A stretch of 64,000 nt of DNA from assembly GCA_977030845.1 (NCBI GenBank), contig OZ365110.1, positions 20,336,001-20,400,000 of the forward strand. Direction: 5' to 3'. The position numbers were made by a program, and so were the translations under genes. The stretch comes from Fimbriosthenelais zetlandica. Its lineage: Eukaryota. The notes beneath the pieces were generated by a model that saw only the letters and a list, made by a program, of their open reading frames with translations, was not told the origin of the DNA and ran no database searches. Position 1 is the stretch's first letter; every line of letters begins with the position of its first letter. Shown piece by piece: positions 1-12,500 of this stretch.

Positions 1-1739
1 CCTTCCCGTCCTCCTAAAAATAATATTAAAACATTTTGTTAAATTTCTCATAGATAAAAGGTCACTTACAAAACCTAGCACAGTATAAGATTCAATGGCC
101 GAGAGAATTCGAGCAATCTATATCAAGTAAATCGATTCATTTTGGTATACAATTTCACAGAGAATTAAATTATCATATAAAAGACCAATATGTTTTGCTA
201 TTCATTGTAGTTTTGATATCACTTATTAAAGTATTAGCACTTGAGATGATCTTATTAATTTTTAAAATTCCTTTAATAACATGCACAATGAGTGAAAACT
301 AGACACATGCTAGACTATAGTGAAGACAAACATTATTTTGATTCATACTGGTGTATAAATGAGTCAACATGTACGTGGTTTTAGGGCTTTGGATAGTTGC
401 ATTCGATCAAATAAAAATTATGTGGCCAAAAGATTGAATCACCAATTTTATATATAAAATTACAAATGATTTTTCACAGACAGATTTTTCAGAACTGATT
501 TGGTGAATGGCTGAAGGAGAGTGAAATAAGGGAACATTTAACATTGGTGGGAGGAGGGAAGGCGTGAAGTTAATTCAAGATTATTTCAATGCAAATATCC
601 AAACATAAAATGAGCCCATCGACGCAATCATTATACACAATTACTTACTGGAATTTAAGAATAGATTAGCAACCTGAACATCTTAGACACATGCAACTTA
701 TAATTGATTCAAGTAAACACATAACAAGAGACATATTTTTTGAAGAAATAAATCATCGTCTGGAAGAACCATAATCCCATTTCATGCCTTAAGCAAATCC
801 CCCAGAAGAATCGGAGCAAAATTTGAAATTTGCAAAGAACTAAAATGGTCAGCTTCAAGAGCAGAAATTTCTAAAGAAAAAATCTTCTCTTACAAACTTA
901 AAGGATTTGAGAAAAAGATTTTTCTTCTGCAAATTCGAAGCAGGCTTCAAAAGATCTAAGATTTGGAATCAAAACCAAGATACATTTTGAAGGTACTGAA
1001 TAAGAAAAAGCAACAAAGGAAGAGAGACATAAGTAGGATGTTTTGATCATTGCACACAGACACCCTTCACCACCACCATGATTATTGCCATTCATTCATT
1101 GATTACTTATCTTGTAGTTTTGGGTCCCCAAGATTCAGTGTATGCGATGCAGTGCCGCCAGTATATTTTTCCATAAATTCCACATTTTTAATGACAAGTT
1201 ATAAAGGATGATTTTTTTCCACGTTTTTCTGTTAGAGGGTGTTTGATTTTGACCAAATAATGAAAATAAAAACTGGTGCACTCAAATTTTGTCGGGTCAG
1301 ATAATATAATTATTTAATCCCTTTTGACTATATTTGGCACACTTTCTCTCCGATGGTCCGAGTGTGACTGGACCCCAATATATTGGCAAAACATTAAAAT
1401 GTATATATGGCAAAATATATAATGAAAAAATATCCAACATGTCTAGCTAAAATTCATCTAAATGCAACTATGACAGGAATAGTTCCTTTCAATACACTTA
1501 CAAGTTACTGGGAATATCAAAAAAAAAAAATTTACATTCAGAAAAAATGCAAAGCTATTCCATAGACTTTTATGCTTCTAAAAACGTCATGTCAAATACA
1601 AGTTTCTTAGGGAAGACGTATAAAGCTAGCGGAGGATAATATTTTTGAATAATTATTTTTTTAAGGAAGCCATATCAGCCACACTCGCGGAGAGAGAAGG
1701 GGCCCTATGGTGGCCTGTCGCATTGACTGGGAATCTTAC

Positions 1740-1897
1740 CTCGCGGGGTGGCCCTTTGATTATTTCCTTGCTTATGACATTAAGATCAATCAAATCAAGT
1801 GATCCGGCCCCGGCACGTACCGTCCCATCCTGCTGATTAACTGACTGCTGCAGGTCCGGGTCTGTAGGTACCTTCGGTAGGCGTTTATCACTCCGGT
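1740..1897 (-). CDS. RGS12: RGS12 exon (NRSDKRLPKVPTDPDLQQ...KGPPRE); last exon found in the window
   Basis: cctattttttcag| acceptor, phase 1 fits the preceding exon, open frame to GAG|gtaaga (phase 0). An alternative in-frame donor ACG|gtacgt ends the exon at 1821. Confidence 0.75.
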
Positions 1898-2012
1898 CTG
1901 AAAAAATAGGGACAAATTAATTTAATTTACAATGAAAATAAATTAAGTTAATCATGAGATTGTTTTAAATGCCATTGACATGATCACTCATGGAATGAAT
2001 CTTTCTACTTAC

Positions 2013-2088
2013 TCTTCCATATTGTGAATATTGATTGCCTCCTCTTTGTGTCAGACACGGATGACTTGCTCTTCTTCATTCCAGGGTT
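2013..2088 (-). CDS. RGS12: RGS12 post-RGS exon (NPGMKKSKSSVSDTKRRQSIFTIWK)
   Basis: tactttatacag| and AGA|gtaagt; 76 nt, phase 0-1. KRRQSIFTIW resembles the basic-aromatic segment following the RGS box in RGS12/loco. Confidence 0.85.
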
Positions 2089-2898
2089 CTGTATAAAGTA
2101 AGTTTATTAATTTAATACATTATTCGATTTAATATTTCTATATTAAATATTTCGATTCATGATACAATGTATCTATGTCTCTGAAATTATTTGGCACATA
2201 TTGACTTGTGACTTTCTATTGCCAACAGCTTTAATGCAAAGCGTCATCATTCTTTGGTTGGAATTCCACATGAAAACATGGGTGTATAAAACTACTTCAA
2301 GTGCTGGTCTATACAAATTTAAACACCACTATCATTTACAGTATCCCAAAATAAACATGATTTACAATGGTAAAAATGAAGTGTGTAAATAAAACACAAG
2401 GCACATGTCAAAAATGTTCTGCGACTATCTACGAAGCAAAAATAAGATAACATTTTATCTAAACTAGCACAACGATTTATGTACATGTACATGAAAACGT
2501 TACACCACTCCATTGATAGGTGATGAGTGTAAGTACCTCTACGTCCAGAAATGTGACCTGTCAACGTTAAGTATGCATTGGTTTATTAAAAGGATTAAAA
2601 CTATAAGAGTTGATTGTATTATGAATTAAGTGCTTTTGAAAGAAAATGAAGCACTATTTGTTTTGGAAAATAGGTTCTTATTAGGAAAAGCATTGAATAT
2701 GTCGTATTTATGTGATTTTGTACATATTTTTCTACTTTCTATTTGGGGAATGAAAGGGGGAATGGGGAATGAAAAGTGGGATGGGAAATTAAAGACCTGC
2801 TAGGTATATATAGAAGAAAGATATTGTCTAATTATGATGCATTAAATTACCACTGTATGCCTTATATAATTAAGTGAGAATCTCTGTAGAAAACATAC

Positions 2899-3048
2899 CC
2901 TTTTCTCCTCTTTTTGCTTGTTTTCCTCTTCTGGGGAGAGTCCAGGGAATGGCAGTGGTTGTCCCTCGATCTCTGCCTTATAACATTGTTTATAGAGATC
3001 TGACTTGATGAAACGTGGGTAGCTGTCCTGCTTCATCAACCAGAATAT
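2899..3048 (-). CDS. RGS12: RGS12 exon ending the RGS box ([22 protein letters not shown]...EEKR)
   Basis: IF.LMK.DSY.RF.KS.LY is the canonical RGS C-terminal motif; cacttttgcag| and AGG|gtatgt; 150 nt, phase 0-0. Confidence 0.96.
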
Positions 3049-3791
3049 CTGCAAAAGTGACAATTACAATTTACGTGTTATATTACGTATTTATATTCTT
3101 ACACATATATCATATCGGTACCTCAAACTGGAAGACTTTACATGGAAATCCTGATATATTTCTGAAAATTGTAAATATTATTTCCAAAGATATACATTTC
3201 TACCAGTTACAGATAAACATAACCTTCCTACAATTTCTTCCACAAATGAGTTACTCTCGGCTGAAGAAGGGATTCTCTGAAGTACTTAATATCCTGAACC
3301 TGTTAGCACCCGGTTCCACCAGCCTCAGATATAACTAGTCTAAACACTGCCAAGAAATGGCTGTACTCGAAGCAATAAGTTGTAATGCACGCCACATGCC
3401 AAGACCAGGAAGGACTTGGTTAAAGGGAGACATGGACCAATAAATGTTAATTTAATATGACTTCTGGCCTCTGCACTAATGTGAGATACGACTTCAAATT
3501 CAATTCTATAGATAATACCATTTGGTCATTAGTTCAAATGCAGCGGCACGTTTGGATGTGTATGGGCCTATATATTCCATAGACCCTTCGCCAATATTCA
3601 ATCTCAAGGAGCATATAAATTAACTTTAAATGGTTCTAATTATGATAGTTCTGGATAATTTATGAGATATATTGATACTTTATGAGATAATATTATATGT
3701 ATTTCTATTCATATTAAGCCAAAAGTTGAAATACAAAGAAAATTAGTTGTAATTGCTCAAAATACCAAATAACCAATGTTAGATATCTTAC

Positions 3792-3938
3792 ATGGGTCTG
3801 AGCGCCGTTAAATAGATCTTGGGGAGCCTCATCCATGCCTTTCTCCACACCAGCCTGGGTCGCAGCATCCAGGTTGACTGACTCAGAGGAAGTAGCTGAT
3901 ACATGAAGATTCCATAAGTCCCTGGCTTCCTTCTTACG
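3792..3938 (-). CDS. RGS12: RGS12 RGS-box exon (RKKEARDLWNLHVSATSSESVNLDAAT...DLFNGAQTH)
   Basis: ttttttcctatcag| and CAT|gtaaga; 147 nt, phase 0-0; matches RGS helices 5-7 (..VNLD....F..AQ). Confidence 0.95.
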
Positions 3939-4630
3939 CTGATAGGAAAAAAATACCGAAAAAACATTAATATATTAACATTAATATACATTCATTTTAC
4001 ATCTATTGTCACAATGACAAAGTTCCCAATCTTCTTTACATTAAAAGAAGCCACAGAAGGAAGTCTTTATCGCTGCTATTTTCTATCCATGGACGATCAC
4101 AGCTTCTGTTACTGCAGAATATTGCAATACCTGCTTAATATGTGGTTGTAATAATACATTTTTCCATTATTGTATCACTTACAAAAGAATGTAATTTTGC
4201 CCTTGCATGTAGACCCATATGAGCAAACTAGACTGACAACTACAATGGGCAACCACATATTATATTACTCAATGGAAGAGATATGGAAAAATGCCATAAT
4301 GGGACATCCACAGGACACTGACGTATTAGTGACAGGGTGCTCCAGAGAGACGCTTGGTTTGGTAGGATAATTATATGGTACCTGGAGATGGTATGATGGT
4401 ACCATTTACATTATTATACTCCTTCATAAATGGAACCATGTCTGTTAACACATCAGGAAATTTATACATTTATTTATTAAAACTATCTTCATGGTGTGTG
4501 GATAACAAAGGCATGTCTTTTTACAGTTATTGTGCACAGTTTCTTCTGACTTTTAAATTGTTTCTTACTCTCATTATAGTCAAGCAAAAAGTAAGTACTG
4601 AATGGAAGAGTTGGTCATATTAAAGCTTAC

Positions 4631-4717
4631 CTGGTCAGCATCTTCTATTGCCTTGTAACGTTCGCATTTCACCCAGAAATCGACATTCTCCTGACTGTAT
4701 TCTTTCTTCAAAAACTC
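4631..4717 (-). CDS. RGS12: RGS12 RGS-box exon (EFLKKEYSQENVDFWVKCERYKAIEDADQ)
   Basis: Hallmark RGS motif FLKKEYS.EN..FW..CE; aactttgcag| and CAG|gtaagc; 87 nt, phase 0-0. Confidence 0.96.
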
Positions 4718-4886
4718 CTGCAAAGTTCAAAAGCAAAGGTCAAATTTTCCTCGGTCCCAACCATTGTTTAAATAAGAAATGTATATAGCCGCATACTATT
4801 GATGGTGACATTTCTATGCTTTCAAATCAGGGGGGTTCTCCCCGGCAAGGACCAAATATTTGTAAATATTGAAAACCAAGACTTAC

Positions 4887-5081
4887 AGTAAATGTAGCCA
4901 GGCCAGCCCTGTCAGCCAGGAGTCGCTCGAGGCCGATGGCCCAGCCGGCTGAGCGGCCCAGTTGGGTGCCTCCATTCTCACTATGTGTCTGTCCACCCGT
5001 TGGGTGTAAAACACTGGTCACCGAGGGCGCTCCATTCAACTTATTGTGAGAGAAATCTACCGCGTCAGATACCACCAGAGA
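4887..5081 (-). CDS. RGS12: RGS12 exon, pre-RGS linker and start of RGS box (SLVVSD...GRSAGWAIGLERLLADRAGLATFT)
   Basis: tttgatattttgcag| acceptor, ACT|gtaagt donor, 65 codons phase 0-0. WAIGLERLLAD..GLATF matches RGS helix 1-2 (RGS12 WAVSFERLLQDPVGVRYF). Confidence 0.92.
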
Positions 5082-5380
5082 CTGCAAAATATCAAACAGA
5101 AATATTCCATTAGAATCACTATTTACTATACTGTTATATTCGGTTTCTAAATTGATTCCTTCTTCGCACAGGAAAAGCACAGGAAAAAATATCTCTTAAA
5201 ACATATCCTGTTGCTTGACATGCATTGACCCAGCTGTAAATGTGGCAAAAAAAGTAAACTTAAGGTATCACAAGTATAAACTTGTGAATATTTAACCTAG
5301 TATATAAGTCAATTACTACAATAAGGACATAATACTGATCAATTATTAATGATGTTTATACACCTAGATTACTGACCTAC

Positions 5381-5413
5381 CTGTCTTAGAGACACTGCCC
5401 TCTTCATAAACCC
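5381..5413 (-). CDS. RGS12: Probable RGS12 33-nt microexon (GFMKRAVSLRQ)
   Basis: gagtacag|GGGTTT...AGACAG|gtaggt; phase 0-0 with a good donor but a weak polypyrimidine tract; joins in frame to the next exon. Confidence 0.55.
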
Positions 5414-5997
5414 CTGTACTCAATTATATCTACACGAGTTTTTCGATTTACCTATTCCCTCCCTTTCCTTATGAAATGAACAGGTACCGTATAGCAAAAG
5501 AAGTCTGTGAGGATCCCCACTAAGATGCCCCACCCACTATATTATAAGCCTGCCAGAAACCACTACTCCTCTATTGCCTGACTTCTCACTAACCTCAGGC
5601 TAAAATATCATTAAAGTGACATTCTATCTATGGAGATAACGGCGTGGGAATAGACATTTACCTAAACTTATCACCAAGGAAATGATATCTCTGTATATCA
5701 GAGAATGTCACAAAGCCGGTATCAATGAACACGATCTCTTTGTTCAATGGTGGGAACAGGTTTAAAAGTTTCGTGTTGAAATAGAACCGAATATCTCTTA
5801 AATCAAAGGAAAAGAACTATATCCTGTTAAAATTATAATAATTATATCAAAGGAACCTTGCAAGGTCATATCTTGTAATAACAAGATATATCAAATATTA
5901 TAAAAGTCCATATATATATAAACTGATAGTTTGTATAACATTACAAATTTCATGTGAGCCCTGGGAAGGATTTCTTCGTGAAACAAATTAGGACTAC

Positions 5998-6513
5998 CTT
6001 CACTGATATAGTCGGAGACTGCCAGGGCCAGCGATTTTGGCTCGGCAGGAGTACTGGGGTCTGAGGCTGCCAATACTGAAACCTGCTACCCCTGGCATGG
6101 CCCACACTGCTCCCCCGGGGGAAAATGATCTTCGTGTTGGGTTTCTCCCTGAATGACATCTGCCCATTCTCTTCACCCTCGTCCTCTTCCTTCTTCAACA
6201 ACTCCTCCTCTTCTTTTTGTTTCAGCACGTGGTCGTTGAAAGAGTCCCTCCTGGATCTTCTTTCGCCGCCACCTCCCCCAGGAGAACGCCTGGAGGTGAA
6301 GCTGCTCCAGCGATGGGCTAAGGTACGGGTGGTGCTACTGGCAGCAGCTCGCAACCTCCTCCGGCCGCTGTTAGCGATACTCGCACTACTCCAGCGCGAG
6401 TTACTGTGGATGTTCGTGTCACCATGGTTAACAACTGGTGCCTCCTTACGGTGGGCAATGGGTGATCCCTCAACTGGCATGGCAACCACCACCATCATCT
6501 CCATAGCAACCAT
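5998..6513 (-). CDS. Candidate alternative first coding exon or decayed ORF (172 aa; Arg/Ser/Gly-rich, then KEEEELLKKEEDEGEE)
   Basis: 187-codon ORF in a GC-rich island 0.6 kb upstream of the RGS exon cluster, with in-frame stops just before the ATG. The only phase-0 donor I found (AAG|gtagtc) is weak. Confidence 0.38.
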
Positions 6514-9500
6514 ATCAATAAATGGCCTCTATCCTCAGCCACAGACGGCCACCCTCCATCCTGGTACAGGGGGAAGGAGGAGGTGGAGGGGGAGGAAATT
6601 GTAGTGATCTAGGCTCCTGGCCAACTCTTTTATGAATCAACCATCATCACTCCATTTCCCTTTCTATGTGAACGGCTAATTTGGAGTTCCCTGTACTTTT
6701 CTTAGTCATACAGACTTGTTGTGCCGGAAATAATCACATGTTAACATATAACTTTCGTCATTCATATATGTAGCACATCCTACCTGAGTAAGGTATACAT
6801 ATATATCTTTTCAAGTTCCACATGGGAGGTTTTCACAGGTTGATATTCCTTTTTTTTCTCTTTCTCTTGAAATAGATTGTATATGCTTCCTTGTGAGTCC
6901 TGAGTCGAAGTATAAATCTTTCGTTTTTGCACCCGCATATCAAGTACTAGTCATGTTATTTACTTTCTTCCGTCCAGATAAAGATTGGATACAGAACTTG
7001 TTTACAGATGGTGTCGCGGCTATTCATAGGAGGAAATAGAAAGATCTGCCTTCCAAAGCCTCAGACTGTACAAGAAGCCAAGCCACTGGTTTTAACAGAG
7101 CTGGATCATGGCAGGATGGATCTATACCCCTTTGTAAACGGGACAAGCAAAAGTCTCGATCCTCAGGAATGTCGAATGCGCAATGACAATGGCATGATGA
7201 CACAACCAAATACCATGATAGATCCACAGGTCCGTGACTTCAGTTCATACCACCTAGTAGATATCCCCCGCGCATTCCACTTTGGAAAGATTGGGGTCAA
7301 TTATATTAAATATCCTTCAAAGATCCAGCACGACTGAGGTAACAGGCCTTTTGCTGGGACTATATAATTCCAGATGGATGTATGTATAAAAATGGTAGGT
7401 GATTTAAATACCACTTTGTCACAGGTGTCAATGGTAGATCTCAGATGCGGTGAGCATCCCCCTTTTGATCCTCTTAACACCTATGATGAATTACCCCTCT
7501 TGGCTGGGGTAGAAGGTAGGCTGGTTGGCAGCTGAGGCAACCACCCCCTTGTCTAACTCCCCACTCTACACAGACACTGTATCATTCACTCTATATAGAT
7601 GACTTGCTCTTCCCTGGTGCTATACCACCAATAGGTAGTACCACTGGTCTTGATCCTTGAGATTATGCTCCTAGGTCTAGTGAGTGTCTTCAACCTTGGA
7701 TCCTCTGCATACATACATTATACCGATACCCACCCACCATCCACTTTCTAACCCACTCTCAAGTAATTTAGCCCCTTGGTTGCACAGAAAGCTGGAGAGC
7801 CTCCAGTGACCCTCCGCGCCCCAGTAGCCGCTAATAGCCGCACCTTTGCACGACAGGCAGAACAGCAGCCAAAAGGACTGGCACCGAGCACTAACTAGTA
7901 GGTTATCAACTACTCGGATCCTCATCCACCCACCCATCTTCCACTACCATACCAGCATGTCAAGATAACATGATAAAATCACATGTGAAAGGATGCCCTC
8001 CATACTGGTTCAGTGAGGATGACAATACAAACCAAGCGACCATATCTAAGAACATGGCGCCGCCATTACAAACACGTCTGTGATAATTAGTGACTTCATT
8101 AATTAGGTAAGGCTGGAAATTAGGACGATTCAATCCTCAGGTAAAACCACCCTTATAGACCCATAATAAAGGAGAAATAAGTGAGGTAATGCAGAAGCTG
8201 ACAACAATTATATCATAAAAGGTATTAATTTTCTTTACAAGTTGATGCATCATATCCCCGTCACTTATATGGCTTGAGGGAATTTTAGCGTTTCCAGGTC
8301 GAAAGCTTTGGAGTAAATAAAGTGGCAAATTCCATCAGTGACATTATCAAATCAAAGGTCATTTCCTTGATATATTAAGTAAACCACTGGTTGCCCCTTT
8401 AATGTATGACAGGCAGCAGCAGTCAGCATTAGTTGGATGGCTGGCTCTCCCCACGGCACCGACCAAGCAGACCGTGGAGCCGGTATGCGTCTTCAATACA
8501 TGCCAAAAGACAGTAAACTAACAACTAACCATTAGTACAGCTAACGGTACTGCCGAAAGATATTTTCACAATAATATTACATAAAATAATTAGTCCTGCC
8601 ATTAGATCTTTTCACAATAACATAACATAAAATAATTTTCTCCTGTGTATATTACAAACTTCGAGTAAAAACATATTAAACTCTCTCACGATTTGATGAA
8701 TATATTTGCAAATTAAACAAACTCATTTGAAAAACTACAAGAGAAGGAATGAATCCAATATTTCATAAATATATTCAGTGTCAAAGGATAAACATTCATC
8801 CATCTATCCAACCTATATACCAGCCAATCAATTTATTCAATCGAACAACTCAAACCAAAGACATGTACCTGCTGGAATCCTAACCTAATAATACAGCTTT
8901 CTTATTTCACTTTCAAGATAAGATTATTGAATTAGTCATCCCTCTGTGGCGTAATAACCTCCGACGACCTACGGTTTCGAAATGCACCAATGGAAAACCA
9001 GGATACCAGCATCAAATAACATGTAATTATTACTTGACATTTCCTCCCTTTGTTAAATTTAACCAACAGCCACATTATGCCAACCAATTCAGGTACGTGT
9101 CTACAGTACATGCTGTAATTAATCATGAAAAATGTCCAAAATAGGTGAATTAAAGAGCTGAAGTGCAAATTGGAAGGTATAATATAAGTAAGGAAAAGGT
9201 AGAAAATTAAAGAGAAGAAAACCTTCCAAAAGACTTTTCTCTGAACCCTTCGAAAGAAGATCCAAATCCTCTGGATTATCAACACCATTCAAGACCACTT
9301 TTCCACTTTTCAAAAGTAAATCAAAGCTAAACACTGAAGTAAGGCAAAGTACCTTTTCTGTTACTAATGAATAAGTGAAAAGCAAATAGTTATCCTGCCA
9401 AAGAGGGATCGGAGCATAAATGATCCAATGGTAGTTATAAAAAATCTGACATGGTTTTGGACATCTTCCAACTTTCAAACACCATCAGAAGGTCCTGTGA

Positions 9501-12500
9501 TAAGTAAGTCCACATGGGACTCATTCAATATGGAGGTCTTCCACCCAACCGAAATAATGGACTCATCCAAGGGACTAATTTACAGTAACCCTGTATTTAT
9601 GAAAGACAAATATTTTATGGTGTACTTAAATAGAAACCGAAATTTTAATTTCAACAGATTCAATGTTAACTGGGCAATTACTTATTGGTAATACATAGTT
9701 ATTTTGAAAATATAGTGTAAACTGAAGGTTGGTTGATAATAATATAAAGGATTACATCTTGAAACAGATGGCCAAGTATAACTTATAAATACTTAATAAT
9801 GTACACATGTGTACACAAATTACAGGAAGTTAAAGTACTTCTCTAATTGGACAATCTGTAAAATTTTAAAATTACATGACCTATTGTTCAGGATAGTTTC
9901 TACAGAACAGATCTATTGTGATTTTGACTATTATAGACGAAAATAAAATATGTTATGAAAAAAAGCTACTTGATGCACACTTTATGAGAGCTAATGCAAA
10001 CGTCATATCAGTTCCTTTTAGAAAAAAACGCCATACATAAAAACTGCCTAATCCTGGGGTTTAGCTAAAATCCCCCTCAGACAGTAGACTGACTGTGATC
10101 TGAGCATGATGGACTCCTTCATACTAACAATGTCATACCCCTCCCTGAGCACCGACCAGACTAGCCAAACATTAAGTGCCTCCATATTTTTTTTACTGGG
10201 AAAGGAATGCATGTCCAGCATCTCGATTTGGATTCTATAAAGACTTTGAAGCTTCCATAATCAATCAATGGGGCCGAATTCTTTTCAGCAAAATGCTTGT
10301 AAACTGGCAGGGAGCTCATCCACTTGAAATATTTCAACTTCACATATTTCACTTAATCTTCTTGCCTACTCGTGTACCCATAAATGTACCCATAAAACGT
10401 GTTGGAATGGCAGAAATACTGACTATCTGAACTCAATGTAACAGTTTAATATGGTATATCTGCAGACGAACCATTCTTGGTCCCAGAAGTTAGACAATTT
10501 TGCCATTATGTAAGTAGAAGGGGAGTCACATGAGAGAGAAGCTGATGAACTTGGCTTAAATAACACTTTTGTTGAGTTTAATCCTGGGGTTTCATGTCTA
10601 ACTCCTGGAGCGAGCTGTCAGGGGTAATGTCGAGCTATGAGAGATCATGTTGACCCTATTGTATAAATCTAATGCTGCTCACTCGACCTTTTTGTCACGG
10701 AGATCCACTCATGCACAACACAATCGTTCATTTTCTCAGCGCTTCAGCTTCAATGTTGAAATGCCGATGGCTGTGAAAGTGGCTGTGCCAATCATTCTCC
10801 CTGCTGAGATATGCTAAGTGATCGCACAGCATTTGATGGCATTCACATTAATGTAATCGAGAATGCTTACAAGTTATGTGTATTTTTCAAATTGAACATA
10901 ATTCAGACCCCCTTTGTTCAGATTGGGTGAGTCATTATCAAACAGTGGGATGCAAAGATATAATGGCTTTTGCATCTTCAGGTAAACCTGAAAGTTAAGT
11001 GCATAGAGGCACTTAACATGCCTCAGCGTATTCCATGGGAAATTACATTCAACCATTTCTATAATAGCAATTATTTTACTTCAAATATAAGGTAAGGGGA
11101 ATGAGATGTTTTGGCACCATGCAAAACAATAGATCTAACTATTCCCGAGAATTAAAGTAATCCACTTAAAATGGCATGTAACAAAGCTGTAACATTATTT
11201 CTGAGATAGAGTACAATAGGAATCAGATGCAAAGATCAGATTGCCTATTCACCTTCAACACGCCATGATAATAAACAAGATAGTACTAAATGGGATGAGT
11301 AAAATATGTCACATTGTTATTGTCAAAATAATTCAACTGATCACGCAAGCGAGAATAAACACATTGTGGTATGACTAAAAATCTTCATTTTACAATGCAT
11401 ATTGTCACAAGGGGCAGCGACCATGAACAAAAAAACATAGATGGCCCCACACTGAGGCAGATGTTGTAGGCCCCCCTAATGTATGTAATTATTTCCATGT
11501 GAAGGTCCATTAAACAAGAAAATACTAATTTTGGATTAGATAATTGCATTGTATGTCAGCAATCAATAAAATCTCAGTATAAATAAAACCATAGACGAGC
11601 GCTCGTCCATATGACAGACTAACCCCTCCTCCTACTAGCCTAGTATCTTTGGTCATAGGTTTGATTCCTCAGTCGAGGGGGGAAGTGACTCAAATTGAGT
11701 TATTTTTTTTCTTCTAAAGTTCTTTAAATAAAATCAAAGAATCAAAGACTTGCGCAAGTCTAATAAAACCAGTAAAGTTGGAATGAATTATTTCTAAATT
11801 ATAGAAATGACATCGCAGTGTCACTGTGGCAAAATCCTAATTGGGATTCTTAGATGGAACATCAATCAGTTCTATGCCATTTAAACTTTAGTAATTTTTG
11901 TAATATTTGAGAGACATTTGGGATTCATATTGCAAAACTACAAGCGCGATTATCCCATGCAAGATATGACTCTAATGACACAAACAATACAGACAAAGGG
12001 AAAAAACATACGTTGCATGATTCAGTGAAATCAAAGTAGCCACAAGAAATTTAGGTCTCTATTAGGGTCAGACACATTAGAGTGCATGATAAAAAGAGGA
12101 TTCCTATGGGACAAATGAGTAAGTTTCTGAACTAAGTTAGTGTGACACACTACCAATGAAATGTCTGAAGTGCTCATTGTATGCAGATCTATACATTAAT
12201 ATTTTATATAATCAATTTATATTATAATGAATTAGCCCTCATGTGAGGCAGTTGGACATAAGTTTTATATTATCTATTTATATTATCTATTTATATTATA
12301 CTCATGATAAATAATTACATGAGTCTTCTTTGGTTTATTTGGATGAACCCACTATTAGGTAAAGTGTCAACATACTCATACCTTCAATATCATCTCCCTG
12401 TCCTCAATATCCTGCATCTATTTATTTTGATCTATTTTAAGTGATATACTCGGATGTAAACAGTCAACTCGCACCCTTTAAAATATTCCCCTCACTTCAT

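Noticed and set aside
6125-6604. 159-aa + strand ORF
   Set aside because: Antisense shadow of the GC-rich minus-strand ORF; Ser/Leu-rich composition mirrors Glu/Lys codons.
11630-11680. tRNA/SINE-like A-box (TAGCCTAGT) and B-box (GGTTTGATTCC), with a 14-bp palindrome at 11594-11607
   Set aside because: Boxes are only about 13 nt apart and there is no cloverleaf; not a tRNA and too short to call a SINE.
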